DNA from: a virus
DNA length: 64,000 nucleotides
Reading direction: 5' to 3' (one strand)
Virus record (IMG/VR): IMGVR_UViG_3300005444_000001
Coordinates: 4,406-68,405 of that record
Shown: piece by piece, positions 9,689 through 20,061 of the stretch
Layout: every line of letters begins with the position of its first letter
Numbering within the stretch: the first letter of the stretch is position 1
Notes under the pieces: generated by a model
What the model saw: the letters and a program-made list of their open reading frames with translations, nothing else
What the model was told of the DNA's origin: nothing
Database searches by the model: none
Position numbers and translations under genes: made by a program

Positions 9689-12463
9689 ATGGAACTCCAA
9701 ACCCTACAAGAAATCAGTCTCAGTAATTCCTTTTTTGACTCGCCGGACGGCTACGGCCCGATGGACGCCCTCGCCGCGGGCTCGCGCAACATTCTAGCCA
9801 TCGGAGCCCAACAGAAAGGCTTTCTCGGCCTGTCCTTCCTCGCTCGTGGCGCGCGCGTCCTGATGCAAACGAAGAACACCTACGGCGGTCTGGAGGACTA
9901 CGTTTCGGGAACCTCGCGCACGGTCGGCTCGATCACCGCAGGCGCAAACGTGCTGACGGATGCAGGTAACCCATTCGTGATCGGTGACGACGGCAAAGCA
10001 ATCCAATTAATCAATTCCAGTTCAAATTCAATCGACCAAATTGGGTATTTGAAGTACGTCGCAGCGGGGCAGGTGACGCTTTTCACCGACTCCGCGCTGA
10101 CGATTCCGATGACTTCCGGAACGACCTTCGCCGGGAACCTGTCGTACACGTTCGGCACGCTGATACGCGGCGCGGGATCTATTTTTAGCCATATCGCTTC
10201 GACGCTTTTCTATAATGGTGCCGGCCAGGTAATGTACAACGGGTCGAAGATCACTGGCGCTACGGCTTCATCAACGCTGAAGCTCTTACTGTCGCGCAAC
10301 GGTAGCTACACAGCATCCAACTCCGGCCCGTACTCGGCCGGGCTCACGCAAACGAGCGCGCCGTCCGTCTTCGTCAAGACGACTCCGAGCGCTGGCTTCA
10401 CTGGATTGCTGAATTCGCCTGCGCTGGCGCTGAAGATTGCGGTTCTGCGCAGAGCGACCGGCGCACGTTCTATCGCCTCGCCTTCGTCAGATGTCTTTTC
10501 CTGCTCAGGACAGACTGTTGTGGCGGTCGTGCCGACTATGCAGTCGGGCGGTTCGGATTGGGTCTTCTTCGCCACTCAGGCGGGCTTTGGCGGCATCGGC
10601 CCGTATCAAAGACTCCCTGTCAGCGGCCAACTCCAAGTTCCGGAAACCTATTTCACGCGCATCGTCACGGACGCAGTAACAAACAGCACACGCACGCTGA
10701 CTTCAGCAACGGCAAACTTCACGGCGTCTGATGTTGGGAAGCAGATTGTTTTGAGCGGCGGCGGCTCACTGACGACGACGATCCAGTCCGTCACGAACTC
10801 CACAACGGTAATAATGACCGCTCCGGCTACCTGGTCGTCTTCTGGAAACACGGCGGTCGTTACCGCGATGATTGCGCTGACGAATCCGCGTACTGTGACA
10901 GACCTCGTGGCGAACGGTACGACAACTGTGACCTCAGCAACGGCGGCGTGGACGCAAGCAGATGTCGGCAAGCAGGTCGTTATCAATGGCGGCTCCGGCG
11001 CGCTGGCTTATCAGACGCGAACCATCGCGACCGTAACGAACGCTACGGATGTTGTACTGAACTCACTTGTGGCGGCCAGTACGGGCGCGACTGCTACGAT
11101 TGTCGACGTCAATGGAACCCTGCGCGCAATCGAACTCGAATGGCAGGATGGCGATCTAACTTCAGAGTTTGCGTGGATTGACGACTATCCGCCGCCGGCA
11201 GGAACGCACTGCGCGGCGCTGAATAATGTTACCCTCGTAGGCGGGTGTTACGCGGACGCGACGGCGGATCCGACAAGCTCTGGTCCAGGTACTTGCATCG
11301 CGCAGTCGCTTCAGAACTTTCCTGAGAGTTTTCGCCCAACTGACCTTTTATACTTGCCCGAACCGATAGTCGGCATGCTTGGGCGCCAGTCGGATAACTT
11401 CATGCTCGTAGGCTGTCGCGACTCAACGCATCAGGTTCAATACGTGGGCGGATCGGATGGCCCTGCGTGTGTGCTGACGACTATGTGGGCTGATCAAGGT
11501 ATCGCGCATCCGCACGCATGGTGTCTTTGCTACGGAATTCCTTTTGTAATGATCGCCAAAGGCAAGATCGCTACTCTGAACGCTTTGGGCCAGCCGGACA
11601 GTACGTTCATGGCGCCGATTGCCGAATCAATCAAAGACTGGGAGCCTGAGAATACGGTTCTCGACTTTCATCCGAACACAAACCAGTTTGTTGTTTCGAA
11701 CGGCGCTCAGGCGTACGGATTCTGTTTTGACCAGGGCGGATGGTCCAGCGTGCTTCCGTACAGCGACTTCGCGACCGGCAATGCTTTGTCTGCCGTGAAC
11801 TCGCAGAAGAAGATGAAGATCGTGATTGAGGGCAATGGTGCCCACCCGCTGTTTACTTTCAATGAAGGCGCGGGCTCGACAGTGACGGCAATGTCGCACT
11901 GGTTTGAAGCCTCTGGGCGCACAAAGACGATCTGGGAGTGTGCGGAACGAATTCAAGTAGACTCCACATCAACGACTCCGTACGTCTCTGTTCATCGAAA
12001 CTTCCGGGTGCCAACAGATAATGCTGGCGCGATTACGAACGCGACGAATACCTTAACCACGGCTACGGCAGGATTTTTCACCGCGGCAGACGTTGGATCG
12101 TACGTGCTTATTCTTGGCGCCGGTGCTGCGGGCGCGCCTTTGCTCGCTCGAATCAAAACCTTCAACAGCGCGACTTCGGTGAACCTGGGCGATCCCGATC
12201 CGACTGTCCCGATCGTCAGCGCGGCGAATCGGAACGCCGGCGCGACCGTCTCGAGCGCGTTCTTTATTATCGCAAAGAAGATTTACGCGAGAACGCCGCG
12301 GTACAAAAAATCGAACGTCTTTCGTCCAAAGCGAGTTCATGTCCGCGAGGCGTATGCGTATGCAATCGGGATTACGATTCCGCAGACCACGGGGAACGTG
12401 CAAGCGCTTGGAGCTACGCTGTATGGCATACCTGACGGTCAGTCGGCAGGGATAACGGCGTGA
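9689..12463 (+). CDS. Tail nozzle / DNA-stabilisation-like protein with inserted repeat modules
   Basis: 924 aa beta-rich; three 'TSATA.FT..DVGK'-type modules; position after the adaptors. Confidence 0.55.
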   Translation: MELQTLQEISLSNSFFDSPDGYGPMDALAAGSRNILAIGAQQKGFLGLSFLARGARVLMQTKNTYGGLEDYVSGTSRTVGSITAGANVLTDAGNPFVIGDDGKAIQLINSSSNSIDQIGYLKYVAAGQVTLFTDSALTIPMTSGTTFAGNLSYTFGTLIRGAGSIFSHIASTLFYNGAGQVMYNGSKITGATASSTLKLLLSRNGSYTASNSGPYSAGLTQTSAPSVFVKTTPSAGFTGLLNSPALALKIAVLRRATGARSIASPSSDVFSCSGQTVVAVVPTMQSGGSDWVFFATQAGFGGIGPYQRLPVSGQLQVPETYFTRIVTDAVTNSTRTLTSATANFTASDVGKQIVLSGGGSLTTTIQSVTNSTTVIMTAPATWSSSGNTAVVTAMIALTNPRTVTDLVANGTTTVTSATAAWTQADVGKQVVINGGSGALAYQTRTIATVTNATDVVLNSLVAASTGATATIVDVNGTLRAIELEWQDGDLTSEFAWIDDYPPPAGTHCAALNNVTLVGGCYADATADPTSSGPGTCIAQSLQNFPESFRPTDLLYLPEPIVGMLGRQSDNFMLVGCRDSTHQVQYVGGSDGPACVLTTMWADQGIAHPHAWCLCYGIPFVMIAKGKIATLNALGQPDSTFMAPIAESIKDWEPENTVLDFHPNTNQFVVSNGAQAYGFCFDQGGWSSVLPYSDFATGNALSAVNSQKKMKIVIEGNGAHPLFTFNEGAGSTVTAMSHWFEASGRTKTIWECAERIQVDSTSTTPYVSVHRNFRVPTDNAGAITNATNTLTTATAGFFTAADVGSYVLILGAGAAGAPLLARIKTFNSATSVNLGDPDPTVPIVSAANRNAGATVSSAFFIIAKKIYARTPRYKKSNVFRPKRVHVREAYAYAIGITIPQTTGNVQALGATLYGIPDGQSAGITA

Positions 12464-13749
12464 ACATTCAATCCCTCGATGATAAAGTCAACAATTTACG
12501 CGTTCAGTTGAATCGGGCGCAGGACACTATTAGTGCGCAGGCCGCCCAAATCGCCCTGCTTGACCGTACCGTCAAAGACTTGCCAAAGTCCGGCGCGCCG
12601 GGAATTCATAACTACATCCGAAACGGCGACTTCTCCCACTCGTTCGATACTTATTACAACCTCCCTTCAGTCGCTGACGACACTCGATTCGAGTGCTGGA
12701 ATGTCTACACACACGCCGCGCCGTCAGTCGGTCAGCAACTTAAAGAGGATTCGGTTTATTCAGGTGCGGCAGTAGCTGATTCGACAGCGCTGCCAGACAC
12801 CGGGAGATCAGACACGCCCACGGTCGATCCGTGGTGGGATCGCACTCAGGGACATGGAATGATCGGATCTACGCGCACGATTGACTTTGTTTTACCGGGA
12901 AACGTGGGTGTTGCAGCACGAAAGTTCTCCTTCATGCTGATTGCCGCCAAGCGTTCCGCGAATGTTGGCGTGCCTGGGCGCTTCTTTGCGGGAGTTTGGG
13001 ACAATACCGCAGGCCAGCGCGACTTCCTGAATGGCGACGGCTTCTCGATTGACGCCGAAGTTGTCGGCATTCCCGCCACGACCGTTTCCCGCGAATATCT
13101 GATCGTAATGACCAGCGACTCAGGGAAGACGGTGAAGAGTTCGACGGTCACGGTGAATAACGCGCCAGCGGATTCTGCCTTTGTCTCAGGGCAAGTGTAT
13201 GTGCGATTGACGTGGCCGAACTTCGCGGGCTTCATTCAATCGGACATTTACCGTAAGACCGCAGGCGTCTACGTTCTTCTGGCGCGTCAAAGCACGGTCG
13301 TTCAATACTTTGACCAGGGCGACATTCAACAAAGCGTCGGGAACTATCCCGACACGTCAGACACGCAGCAGAAAGCGATCGTTTATTCTCCGGCGGGCGC
13401 GTTCGACTCTTTTCCGATTGACGGCGTGGATCCGGAGTGGCAGCAGTATTTGATTACACTGCAAATTCCGCCGACCTATGTTCAGTCGAACACGACAGAT
13501 AAGCAATGGCTGCGAATCGGCTTCGACCAGGCGCTAACCGGGAGTGACGCGGCGCACGGGATGTTGATTGATCTCGTAGGACTGTCGCCGACATCGGGGA
13601 GTTGGGCGCATAATGACGAAGATAACAAAGGTCAACAGCAATTTGTATCCACACCGACCGGCACGCAGGGCGGCGCGGGTACGGGCGGCGGGTCGTTCGA
13701 ACCGCCCGATCCGGGCGACGGTGGCCCGCGAGAATTCACCATTGCGTAA
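12460..13749 (+). CDS. Tail-associated structural protein
   Basis: 429 aa, N-terminal coiled coil then 'NYIRNGDF' (CBM-like start) and beta-rich body; GTGA overlap. Confidence 0.55.
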   Translation: MNIQSLDDKVNNLRVQLNRAQDTISAQAAQIALLDRTVKDLPKSGAPGIHNYIRNGDFSHSFDTYYNLPSVADDTRFECWNVYTHAAPSVGQQLKEDSVYSGAAVADSTALPDTGRSDTPTVDPWWDRTQGHGMIGSTRTIDFVLPGNVGVAARKFSFMLIAAKRSANVGVPGRFFAGVWDNTAGQRDFLNGDGFSIDAEVVGIPATTVSREYLIVMTSDSGKTVKSSTVTVNNAPADSAFVSGQVYVRLTWPNFAGFIQSDIYRKTAGVYVLLARQSTVVQYFDQGDIQQSVGNYPDTSDTQQKAIVYSPAGAFDSFPIDGVDPEWQQYLITLQIPPTYVQSNTTDKQWLRIGFDQALTGSDAAHGMLIDLVGLSPTSGSWAHNDEDNKGQQQFVSTPTGTQGGAGTGGGSFEPPDPGDGGPREFTIA

Positions 13750-13810
13750 AAAATTCTTTATGACACGCTTGGATTTGTGTCAATATGCCCGGCGACGGTC
13801 AGTCTGACAC

Positions 13811-13827
13811 GTCGCCCAGTGGGAGAG
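13811..13827. repeat. 17-bp palindrome copy
   Basis: GTCGCCCAGTGGGAGAG, 6 nt past the stop of the antisense HNH. Confidence 0.9.
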
Positions 13828-13833
13828 ACGGAT

Positions 13834-14406
13834 TTAGATTACATGCTTCCAACGCTGAAAATTAACGATGTCTTTAACGTGGGACTGGCAAAGTCCGTAT
13901 TCCGCTCCCAGGGCGGATTGACTTATTCCGCCAGCGGCGTAGCGGCGTCGAATCTCGCGAACGTCGGTTTCGGTCAGTCGCGCGTTGTGATGCTGCTCAC
14001 CGGCGTACTCGCCGCGATGTCGGCCTTTCGCAATCTTGTCTTGCATGTTGCCGTTGTTGTCAGTGCTAAACAGATGATCAGGGCGCACGCAAGGTGGATT
14101 GTCGCAATGGTGCGCGACTACTTCGGCCAGCCAGCCAAAGCAGATAAGGAAGGCATAGCGATGTGCGCGCAGAGCCCAGCGCCTGCCGCCAAACTGTCCG
14201 TAGCCGTCTCTATCGCGCCCAAAGCGCCATTCCCAACAATCGCCCTTTGGACCCTGACCGGGCAACTGATTAACCTTGCGCCAAAAGCGCCGCATAACGT
14301 TAATAGCGGTGTCAGGAGGCAAGGACGGTGGTGCGCAGGAATCACACCGGAAGCCCCTTCCGACTTTTCTTTTCGGATTACTACAAATCTCGCATATTGG
14401 GTTCAT
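13834..14406 (-). CDS. HNH homing endonuclease (HNH_3 type), antisense insertion
   Basis: 'RFWRKV...CWEW...GYG...AHR...HHCDNPPCVRPDHL...N..D...KGR' plus C-terminal HTH. Confidence 0.9.
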   Translation of the reverse strand: MNPICEICSNPKRKVGRGFRCDSCAPPSLPPDTAINVMRRFWRKVNQLPGQGPKGDCWEWRFGRDRDGYGQFGGRRWALRAHRYAFLICFGWLAEVVAHHCDNPPCVRPDHLFSTDNNGNMQDKIAKGRHRGEYAGEQHHNARLTETDVREIRRRYAAGGISQSALGAEYGLCQSHVKDIVNFQRWKHVI

Positions 14407-14452
14407 TTACTGAGAATACCAAACGATATCGGTATTTTGAAAGGAAAAAGCA

Positions 14453-15079
14453 TTGGCTAAGGGCAGCCGCGCATTAGCAGAGGAAATGAAGCGCCGCGAT
14501 ATTGAAGATCGCGCAGCGCAGCATGAAGCGTTGACTGCCGCTACGACACCTTCTGCCGCCGAAACCGATCTTGAAAAGGATCGTAAAGCCTACTTCGACT
14601 GGAAAGCTAAGGGCGACTTCCGCACGCCGCCGCCGGGACTTATCGGCATTAACTACGGGCCGGAAGCGGTACGGCGCAGACAACTCGAACAAACGGCAGT
14701 CCCGACCGGCGCGGCAGGAATGGGCGCGGCGTATGCGAGTCCGACCGCTTTGGCGCTGACTCGCGACTACCTATCGAATGTAAACGCCGAAAACGACGCC
14801 ACGGCGTATCAGGGCGCGTTGCAAGGCGAAGACCTGTATCAGCGTACCGGAAATTCGCTTGGGTTGATGAATGCTGACTTTGCGCGCAAGTCATCAGTCC
14901 TCGGCGCGACAACCAACCAATCGCAGCTTTCGACGGGCGCCCGTATCCAGACCACACCGAAGCCTTGGACTCAGACTATTTTACCCGCGTTAATCAGCGG
15001 CGGGCTATCGGCGGGCGGAGCGTTCTTAGGTGGTCCCGCGTTCGCGGCAATGATGAAGCCAGTAACCAAAACAGTATGA
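14453..15079 (+). CDS. Putative DNA pilot/ejection protein
   Basis: 208 aa, TTG start with SD AAGGA; Ala/Gly-rich C-terminus typical of pilot proteins. Confidence 0.45.
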   Translation: MAKGSRALAEEMKRRDIEDRAAQHEALTAATTPSAAETDLEKDRKAYFDWKAKGDFRTPPPGLIGINYGPEAVRRRQLEQTAVPTGAAGMGAAYASPTALALTRDYLSNVNAENDATAYQGALQGEDLYQRTGNSLGLMNADFARKSSVLGATTNQSQLSTGARIQTTPKPWTQTILPALISGGLSAGGAFLGGPAFAAMMKPVTKTV

Positions 15080-17337
15080 AGCGAATACTTCTCAGTCTAG
15101 TTTTTCTTTTAATGCTCTGCGCTCCGGCGTGGGCGACTCAGATCACGGTAAGCTCATTTCAACCGGGGCTTTCTTGGAATTACGGCTCGACGCAGCCGGT
15201 TACGCTCAGGATCTACGTCTCAGCATCTTTCGTCACGAGTGATGGCGTCTCCATAGTCGCCAGTCCGGTCGGCGGCGCAGGGTTCTATAAGACGATTACT
15301 TGTTCAGTTGTGGGCACGACGCTCACGGTCAGTTCTTTCGTTATTCCGAGCACAACCGACGCGACTCCGACCACGGCCAGGTACACATTCATTTTCTTTC
15401 AAGGCAGCACGAAGCGCGACGTCTTATGGTCGAACTATCAAGTACCCGTCTCGCTCGGTACGACAATTTCAAACAGTCAGTTGGAGATTTACAATCGCAC
15501 AGCGCCAGCGCCGCCGCGCCCGGGCTTCCCGACTACTGACCAAGTGCAGCAATTGATTAACGCGGTTCCGCCGACAGTCAAGATGACGGACGCGATTTAT
15601 GGTATTGGAACATTAAGCGTACCGGCGGCGATCTCTACGGCACCAAAAGTGGTCGGTAACAACGATCCGCGCGTTACGGCAGACCAGGCGGCGAGTGTCG
15701 CAAGCATTAGAACGCTCGGGCTGGACACGCTTCAGGCTATGCCGGGCGCGGTTATACCATTGCCCGCGCCTGGCAAGGTGACTCTGACAGATGATGGGGC
15801 CGGGACTCTTTCATCGGGTACTTATAAGATTGGAGTGGTTGCGGTCAATGCTCTTGGTGGTGAGGGGCAGTTCGACCCACTTGGGTACGCAGCAAATAAC
15901 TCAATCACAATTGTCGCGAGTCATAACATTGGAGTCGTGTGGTCAGCAGTGGCGGGGGCTGCAAAATACCACGTTTACGTTTGGGGGCCGACAGGGACAT
16001 ATTACCAGCGGTACTACGAAACTTCTTCCACGTCGCTAATTCTTTCCGAAAATCCTGTTGGGCCAGTACTAACTTTAACCAGCGCAACAACCAATCTAAT
16101 CACCGCATGGACTGCCACGAACCCTATTGAGTTGACTACCACGTCGCCTCACGGTCTTGTTACTGGGCGGTCAGTGATCATCTCAGGCGGGACGGGGATT
16201 ACCCAGAAGATTAACAGTGGATGGATAGTTACAAGGACCGGGGCGAGCACGTTTACCATACCGCTTGATGGAACGTCATTCGTCACCGGTTCACCTTTAG
16301 GCACTCCCGTTGTGCAGGCCATCTCAGTTACCTCATCGAATACAGGTGGAAGCCTTAAAGCAGGTAGTTATTACTTCGGCATCGAAGCCGAGTTTTCAGA
16401 TGGCGGGACGGTCGATCAGTCGGCCTATTATGGTAACTACCCAGTGGGAACAGTTACTGGCACTGACACGGGTTCGATCACCGTTTCGTGGACAGCGGTA
16501 ACAGGGGCAACCCTCTACCGGGTTTATGTCGTCAGCGATCAAGACGGCAACCCACGGACGCACACAAAATACTTCACGACGGCGTTAACCAGCATCACCG
16601 TTACAGGAACTGAATCGTATATCCGCGGAGTTGCGGCCTCACAGTTTCATGGTGAGGGAGAAACTGAATCGAGCGCGGTTGGAATCTTTGGAACGATCCG
16701 TACCGTAGCCGATGCTAAAAGTTACTTTGGCGGCGACGTCTCGATAACCGCGAAGAAGGGGGCTGATGCGGGGTTTCAGGCTAACCGGTTTGACAGTAAC
16801 GGGTTTGCTGGCCTGTCAATGCGTCAGAGCGCCCAAGAGTACTGGCGGATGGGAATGGAAGGCAGCGAACAGAACTTTTATATCTTCCGACCCGTTTCAC
16901 CGTTCTTCATGTTCAAGATAGATTACGACACGGGGCTGACCACTGTTGGGCTATCGCTTCAGGTTAATGGCTCCGTTCAAATAACCTCCCCAAGTAATGT
17001 CATTCAGTGGCTTGCTGGAGAGGGCAACGTAGATAGAATTATTCTTAATCCGTCTAATGCTGGAATCGGAATAGATAATTTGCATGGTGACGTGACTATT
17101 TGGTCGCCAGTTTTAGAGGGGGTAAGTTTCAAAAACGATAACCGCAATGGAACACTTTTGGCCCGATTAACGGGAACTGGTAATTTTGGTATTGGTACAG
17201 ACGCACCGACAAGCAAGTTACAGGTGGTGGGACTACCGGTGTATGCCAATAACGCTGCCGCCCTGGCCGGAGGATTGACGGCTGGCGCTTTTTACCGGAC
17301 GGGCGCGGATCCGGACGCGGTTGCGGTGGTTCACTGA
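15076..17337 (+). CDS. Tail-fibre-like protein with N-terminal signal peptide
   Basis: Start corrected to ATG 15076 (ATGA overlap). MKRILLSLVFLLMLCAPAWA|TQ; two Fn3-like 'V.W.AV.GA..Y.VY' modules; E1-FCCH-like 'ITAWTATNPIELTTTSPHGL'; 'GNFGIGTDAPTSKLQV' fibre motif. Confidence 0.65.
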   Translation: MKRILLSLVFLLMLCAPAWATQITVSSFQPGLSWNYGSTQPVTLRIYVSASFVTSDGVSIVASPVGGAGFYKTITCSVVGTTLTVSSFVIPSTTDATPTTARYTFIFFQGSTKRDVLWSNYQVPVSLGTTISNSQLEIYNRTAPAPPRPGFPTTDQVQQLINAVPPTVKMTDAIYGIGTLSVPAAISTAPKVVGNNDPRVTADQAASVASIRTLGLDTLQAMPGAVIPLPAPGKVTLTDDGAGTLSSGTYKIGVVAVNALGGEGQFDPLGYAANNSITIVASHNIGVVWSAVAGAAKYHVYVWGPTGTYYQRYYETSSTSLILSENPVGPVLTLTSATTNLITAWTATNPIELTTTSPHGLVTGRSVIISGGTGITQKINSGWIVTRTGASTFTIPLDGTSFVTGSPLGTPVVQAISVTSSNTGGSLKAGSYYFGIEAEFSDGGTVDQSAYYGNYPVGTVTGTDTGSITVSWTAVTGATLYRVYVVSDQDGNPRTHTKYFTTALTSITVTGTESYIRGVAASQFHGEGETESSAVGIFGTIRTVADAKSYFGGDVSITAKKGADAGFQANRFDSNGFAGLSMRQSAQEYWRMGMEGSEQNFYIFRPVSPFFMFKIDYDTGLTTVGLSLQVNGSVQITSPSNVIQWLAGEGNVDRIILNPSNAGIGIDNLHGDVTIWSPVLEGVSFKNDNRNGTLLARLTGTGNFGIGTDAPTSKLQVVGLPVYANNAAALAGGLTAGAFYRTGADPDAVAVVH

Positions 17338-17356
17338 GACGGATTAGGGAGTGACA

Positions 17357-18418
17357 ATGAAACGATTTTTACTCTTAGTTTTGTTCCTTTGCGCGGGCGC
17401 GGTAAGTGTCATTGCCCAGACGCCAACCACAACTCAGAACGCGCGGCGACTGCCGAATGGATCGGGCGCGCCGACCGGAAGTTGCGTGGCGGGTCCGCCG
17501 TTCATTCAGACCTACATTGATTCGTCGACCACGCCGCCGACAACTTACTACTGCAAAGCAGGGACGTGGACAGCATCATCTGGCGCGGGCTCTGCGGCTC
17601 CGAAAGACGCGACCTACATCACGGAAACCGCAAACACGACTCTTACAAATGAGTTTGCCTTGGGATCGCTGGCGACTGGCATTCTCAAAAACACTACGAC
17701 GACAGGAGTGCCGAGCGTCATCGTTCCAGGCACAGGCGTCGAAACCGCCCTTGCGGTCAACGTAGGTTCGGCCGGGGCGTTCGTGACCTTCAACGGCGCG
17801 TTAGGCACGCCGTCGTCAGGAACAGCCACTAATCTCACGGGAACGGCATCAGGGTTGACTGTCGGCAACGTCACGGGTACAGGCGTAGCATCGGCAACCT
17901 CGTTGGCTCTCGGTGGCGCGACTATTGGGACTAATAATTTAGCGGTCACCGGAAAGAGCGCTTTTAGCAGTCAGATGGTTGTTACTGGTCCCTCTGGCGA
18001 CTATACAATTGTTGCCAGCAACCTCGCAGCGGCGGGTAGCTCATACGGCCTTGAAATAAACGCAGGAGGCAATTCGTCTGATTGGCCGTTCATCGTGAAC
18101 GATAGAGTAGGCGCGACACTGCTCCTACTGCGGGGTGATGGTGATTTACAGCTTACAAAGACTGTTACAGCCGCAGGCACGACCGGCACTCAGACGATTA
18201 ACAAAACCACCGGGTCGGTCAATTTCGCTGCCTCCGCAACGTCGCTTGTAGTTACCAATTCGCTTGTCGCAGCTACTAGTATTATCCAATGCACTGTAGG
18301 TACTAACGACGTAACCATGAAGTCAGTTCAGTGTGTGCCGGGATCGGGTAGCTTTACGATTTTCGCTAACGCGGCTGCTACGGCTGAAACGCGAGTTAAT
18401 TTCACTGTAACGAACTAA
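17357..18418 (+). CDS. Fibre-like Thr/Gly/Ala-rich protein with signal peptide
   Basis: MKRFLLLVLFLCAGAVSVIA|QT; 'GTPSSGTATNLTG' fibre-like repeats. Confidence 0.6.
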   Translation: MKRFLLLVLFLCAGAVSVIAQTPTTTQNARRLPNGSGAPTGSCVAGPPFIQTYIDSSTTPPTTYYCKAGTWTASSGAGSAAPKDATYITETANTTLTNEFALGSLATGILKNTTTTGVPSVIVPGTGVETALAVNVGSAGAFVTFNGALGTPSSGTATNLTGTASGLTVGNVTGTGVASATSLALGGATIGTNNLAVTGKSAFSSQMVVTGPSGDYTIVASNLAAAGSSYGLEINAGGNSSDWPFIVNDRVGATLLLLRGDGDLQLTKTVTAAGTTGTQTINKTTGSVNFAASATSLVVTNSLVAATSIIQCTVGTNDVTMKSVQCVPGSGSFTIFANAAATAETRVNFTVTN

Positions 18419-18431
18419 AGGTAGGAAGATA

Positions 18432-18977
18432 ATGAAACATCCATATCGTTCTGCGACGCTCGGCCTCCTATTGATGCTTATGAGCATGGCTGCTGGTCCA
18501 CCACTACTTGAGCGTTCTTGGGACTTTCTCAGTCCTGAAGCGTTCGGGCAAGCCTCAGACACCTGCTCAGATGGACAGTCCATCGTGCTCGACACGGCAA
18601 ATAAGCGATATAAGTGCATCTCGACGCCGCTGATCTTTCGCACCAAGGCTCTGAACGTCAACCAAACCAACACTGACATTGGATCGTTTGCTGGGCTTCC
18701 TGCGCGTTACATTGTGAGACGCTTCACGGTTGATAATGCCTCAGCGACGCCAACATTGAGTACGATAGCGTTGCGCACGGCAACAGGTGGTGGAGGAACT
18801 GCCATAGTAACCGCCCAGGCGTTATCTACTCTGAGCGCAGCCACAACCTTTATTGACGCGACACTGGCGGTAACGACTTCGGCGCAGACCGCCAGCACGT
18901 TGACGATTCGCGCAGTTGCGGCGGCAGGGACGACATCAACCTGTGACTTCACGCTTGAAATTGTCCCATTGCCATGA
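18432..18977 (+). CDS. Structural-like protein with hydrophobic N-terminus (possible signal peptide)
   Basis: MKHPYRSATLGLLLMLMSMAAG...; Thr/Ala-rich beta-sandwich-like C-terminus. Confidence 0.55.
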   Translation: MKHPYRSATLGLLLMLMSMAAGPPLLERSWDFLSPEAFGQASDTCSDGQSIVLDTANKRYKCISTPLIFRTKALNVNQTNTDIGSFAGLPARYIVRRFTVDNASATPTLSTIALRTATGGGGTAIVTAQALSTLSAATTFIDATLAVTTSAQTASTLTIRAVAAAGTTSTCDFTLEIVPLP

Positions 18978-18987
18978 AAGGAAAGCA

Positions 18988-19266
18988 ATGAAGCGACTAT
19001 TGTTGATTCTTCTGGTGGTAGTCACAGCGGGCGCACAACAGCCAAAGCCGGACGCCGTAACGCTCCCGGCCGAAGCCAGCAAGGCGTACAATGCCATTGC
19101 TGCTCGTCAAGCAGAACTCGCTCAACAGTGGCAGATTCTGGAGAGCCAGCGGCAGATGTTGCTGATCGGCGCTAACGTGCCGACGGAAGCACGAATGAAT
19201 TGCACGGGCGATCCAGTTGTCTGTAAGAAGCCGGAGACAGCGAAGGCGGGTCCTGAGAAGAAGTGA
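18988..19266 (+). CDS. Small secreted coiled-coil protein
   Basis: Start corrected to ATG 18988 (SD AAGGA); MKRLLLILLVVVTAGA|QQ. Confidence 0.6.
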   Translation: MKRLLLILLVVVTAGAQQPKPDAVTLPAEASKAYNAIAARQAELAQQWQILESQRQMLLIGANVPTEARMNCTGDPVVCKKPETAKAGPEKK

Positions 19267-19280
19267 GGCGCAATTGATAA

Positions 19281-19751
19281 ATGCCTTCATGGGTTCTTTA
19301 CATCATCGGAACGGCGGCGGTAGTGACGGCCATCGGCGTACTATGGACGAAGGCTATCAAGCCCACCGCAAAGCTGATTACAACCACGGATCAGATGTTG
19401 CCGTTGCTAATCACGCTGACAGAAACTTTCAAAAGCAATCCAAATGGATTCAAGGTCTTAAATGAGATTGCGGCGCAGTTCAAAACAGACAGCGGCTCAA
19501 GTCTTCGGGATGTAGTCAACAGACTTGAGGAAGCAGCGAAAGAGAATCGCGCAGCAGCAGACTTGTTGAAGGTTGGGGTCGAGGCTCAGAAGCAGTTAGG
19601 CGAACAGGATCGGGAGCAGCTTCGGCAATTATTGATTTCTCTTGATCGGGTCGGAGTAAAAGTTGACGCGGGGGCCGCAACGGGATTAAGAAACGAAGCC
19701 GCGGCAAAGGTGGTAGCATCTGATTTAGCAAGTCACCGTGACAAGAAGTGA
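19281..19751 (+). CDS. Single-TM coiled-coil protein (holin- or spanin-like)
   Basis: N-terminal TM 'WVLYIIGTAAVVTAIGVLW' followed by coiled coil. Confidence 0.45.
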   Translation: MPSWVLYIIGTAAVVTAIGVLWTKAIKPTAKLITTTDQMLPLLITLTETFKSNPNGFKVLNEIAAQFKTDSGSSLRDVVNRLEEAAKENRAAADLLKVGVEAQKQLGEQDREQLRQLLISLDRVGVKVDAGAATGLRNEAAAKVVASDLASHRDKK

Positions 19752-19764
19752 ACGGGAGGAAACT

Positions 19765-20001
19765 ATGACACTCTTACTGCTCTTACTTATAAACAACATC
19801 GGTGGCAACGGGCCGCAGTTCGCGCTGCCGTGGATATTCTGGGTGGCGTTTGCGCTGTGGATATTTCTCGGATTCAGGTGGTACTGGCGCGGCGACGGTG
19901 CGCCCGGTCGGTGGATCGGGCCGGGCAATCACGCCATGATCACGCTCTTTATCTTCCTACTCGGTTGGGGGATATTCGGGCTACCAGGCATCGGCCGCTG
20001 A
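19765..20001 (+). CDS. Small multi-pass membrane protein (possible holin)
   Basis: SD GGAGG; 78 aa with three hydrophobic Trp/Phe-rich segments. Confidence 0.5.
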   Translation: MTLLLLLLINNIGGNGPQFALPWIFWVAFALWIFLGFRWYWRGDGAPGRWIGPGNHAMITLFIFLLGWGIFGLPGIGR

Positions 20002-20008
20002 ATTTTAC

Positions 20009-20037
20009 TTGGCAATCAATTTTGTTTTCTGTATAAC
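20009..20037 (+). promoter_or_regulatory. sigma70-type promoter
   Basis: TTGGCA, 17 bp, extended TG-TATAAC; shares TCTGTATAA with the promoters at 51980 and 55828. Confidence 0.55.
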
Positions 20038-20061
20038 CACGGAAGTTAATGGAGGCACATT

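Noticed and set aside
14416-14436. AATACC/GGTATT hairpin upstream of the antisense HNH
   Set aside because: A 6-bp AT-rich stem is too weak to call alone, though it fits the pattern of hairpins before HNH genes
14965-15075. Long N-terminal extension given by the ORF track for the fibre gene
   Set aside because: It overlaps the upstream gene; ATG 15076 gives an ATGA overlap and a clean signal peptide
16436-16452. ACTACCCAGTGGGAACA as a further palindrome copy
   Set aside because: Only the CCCAGTGGG core matches; the arms diverge at several positions
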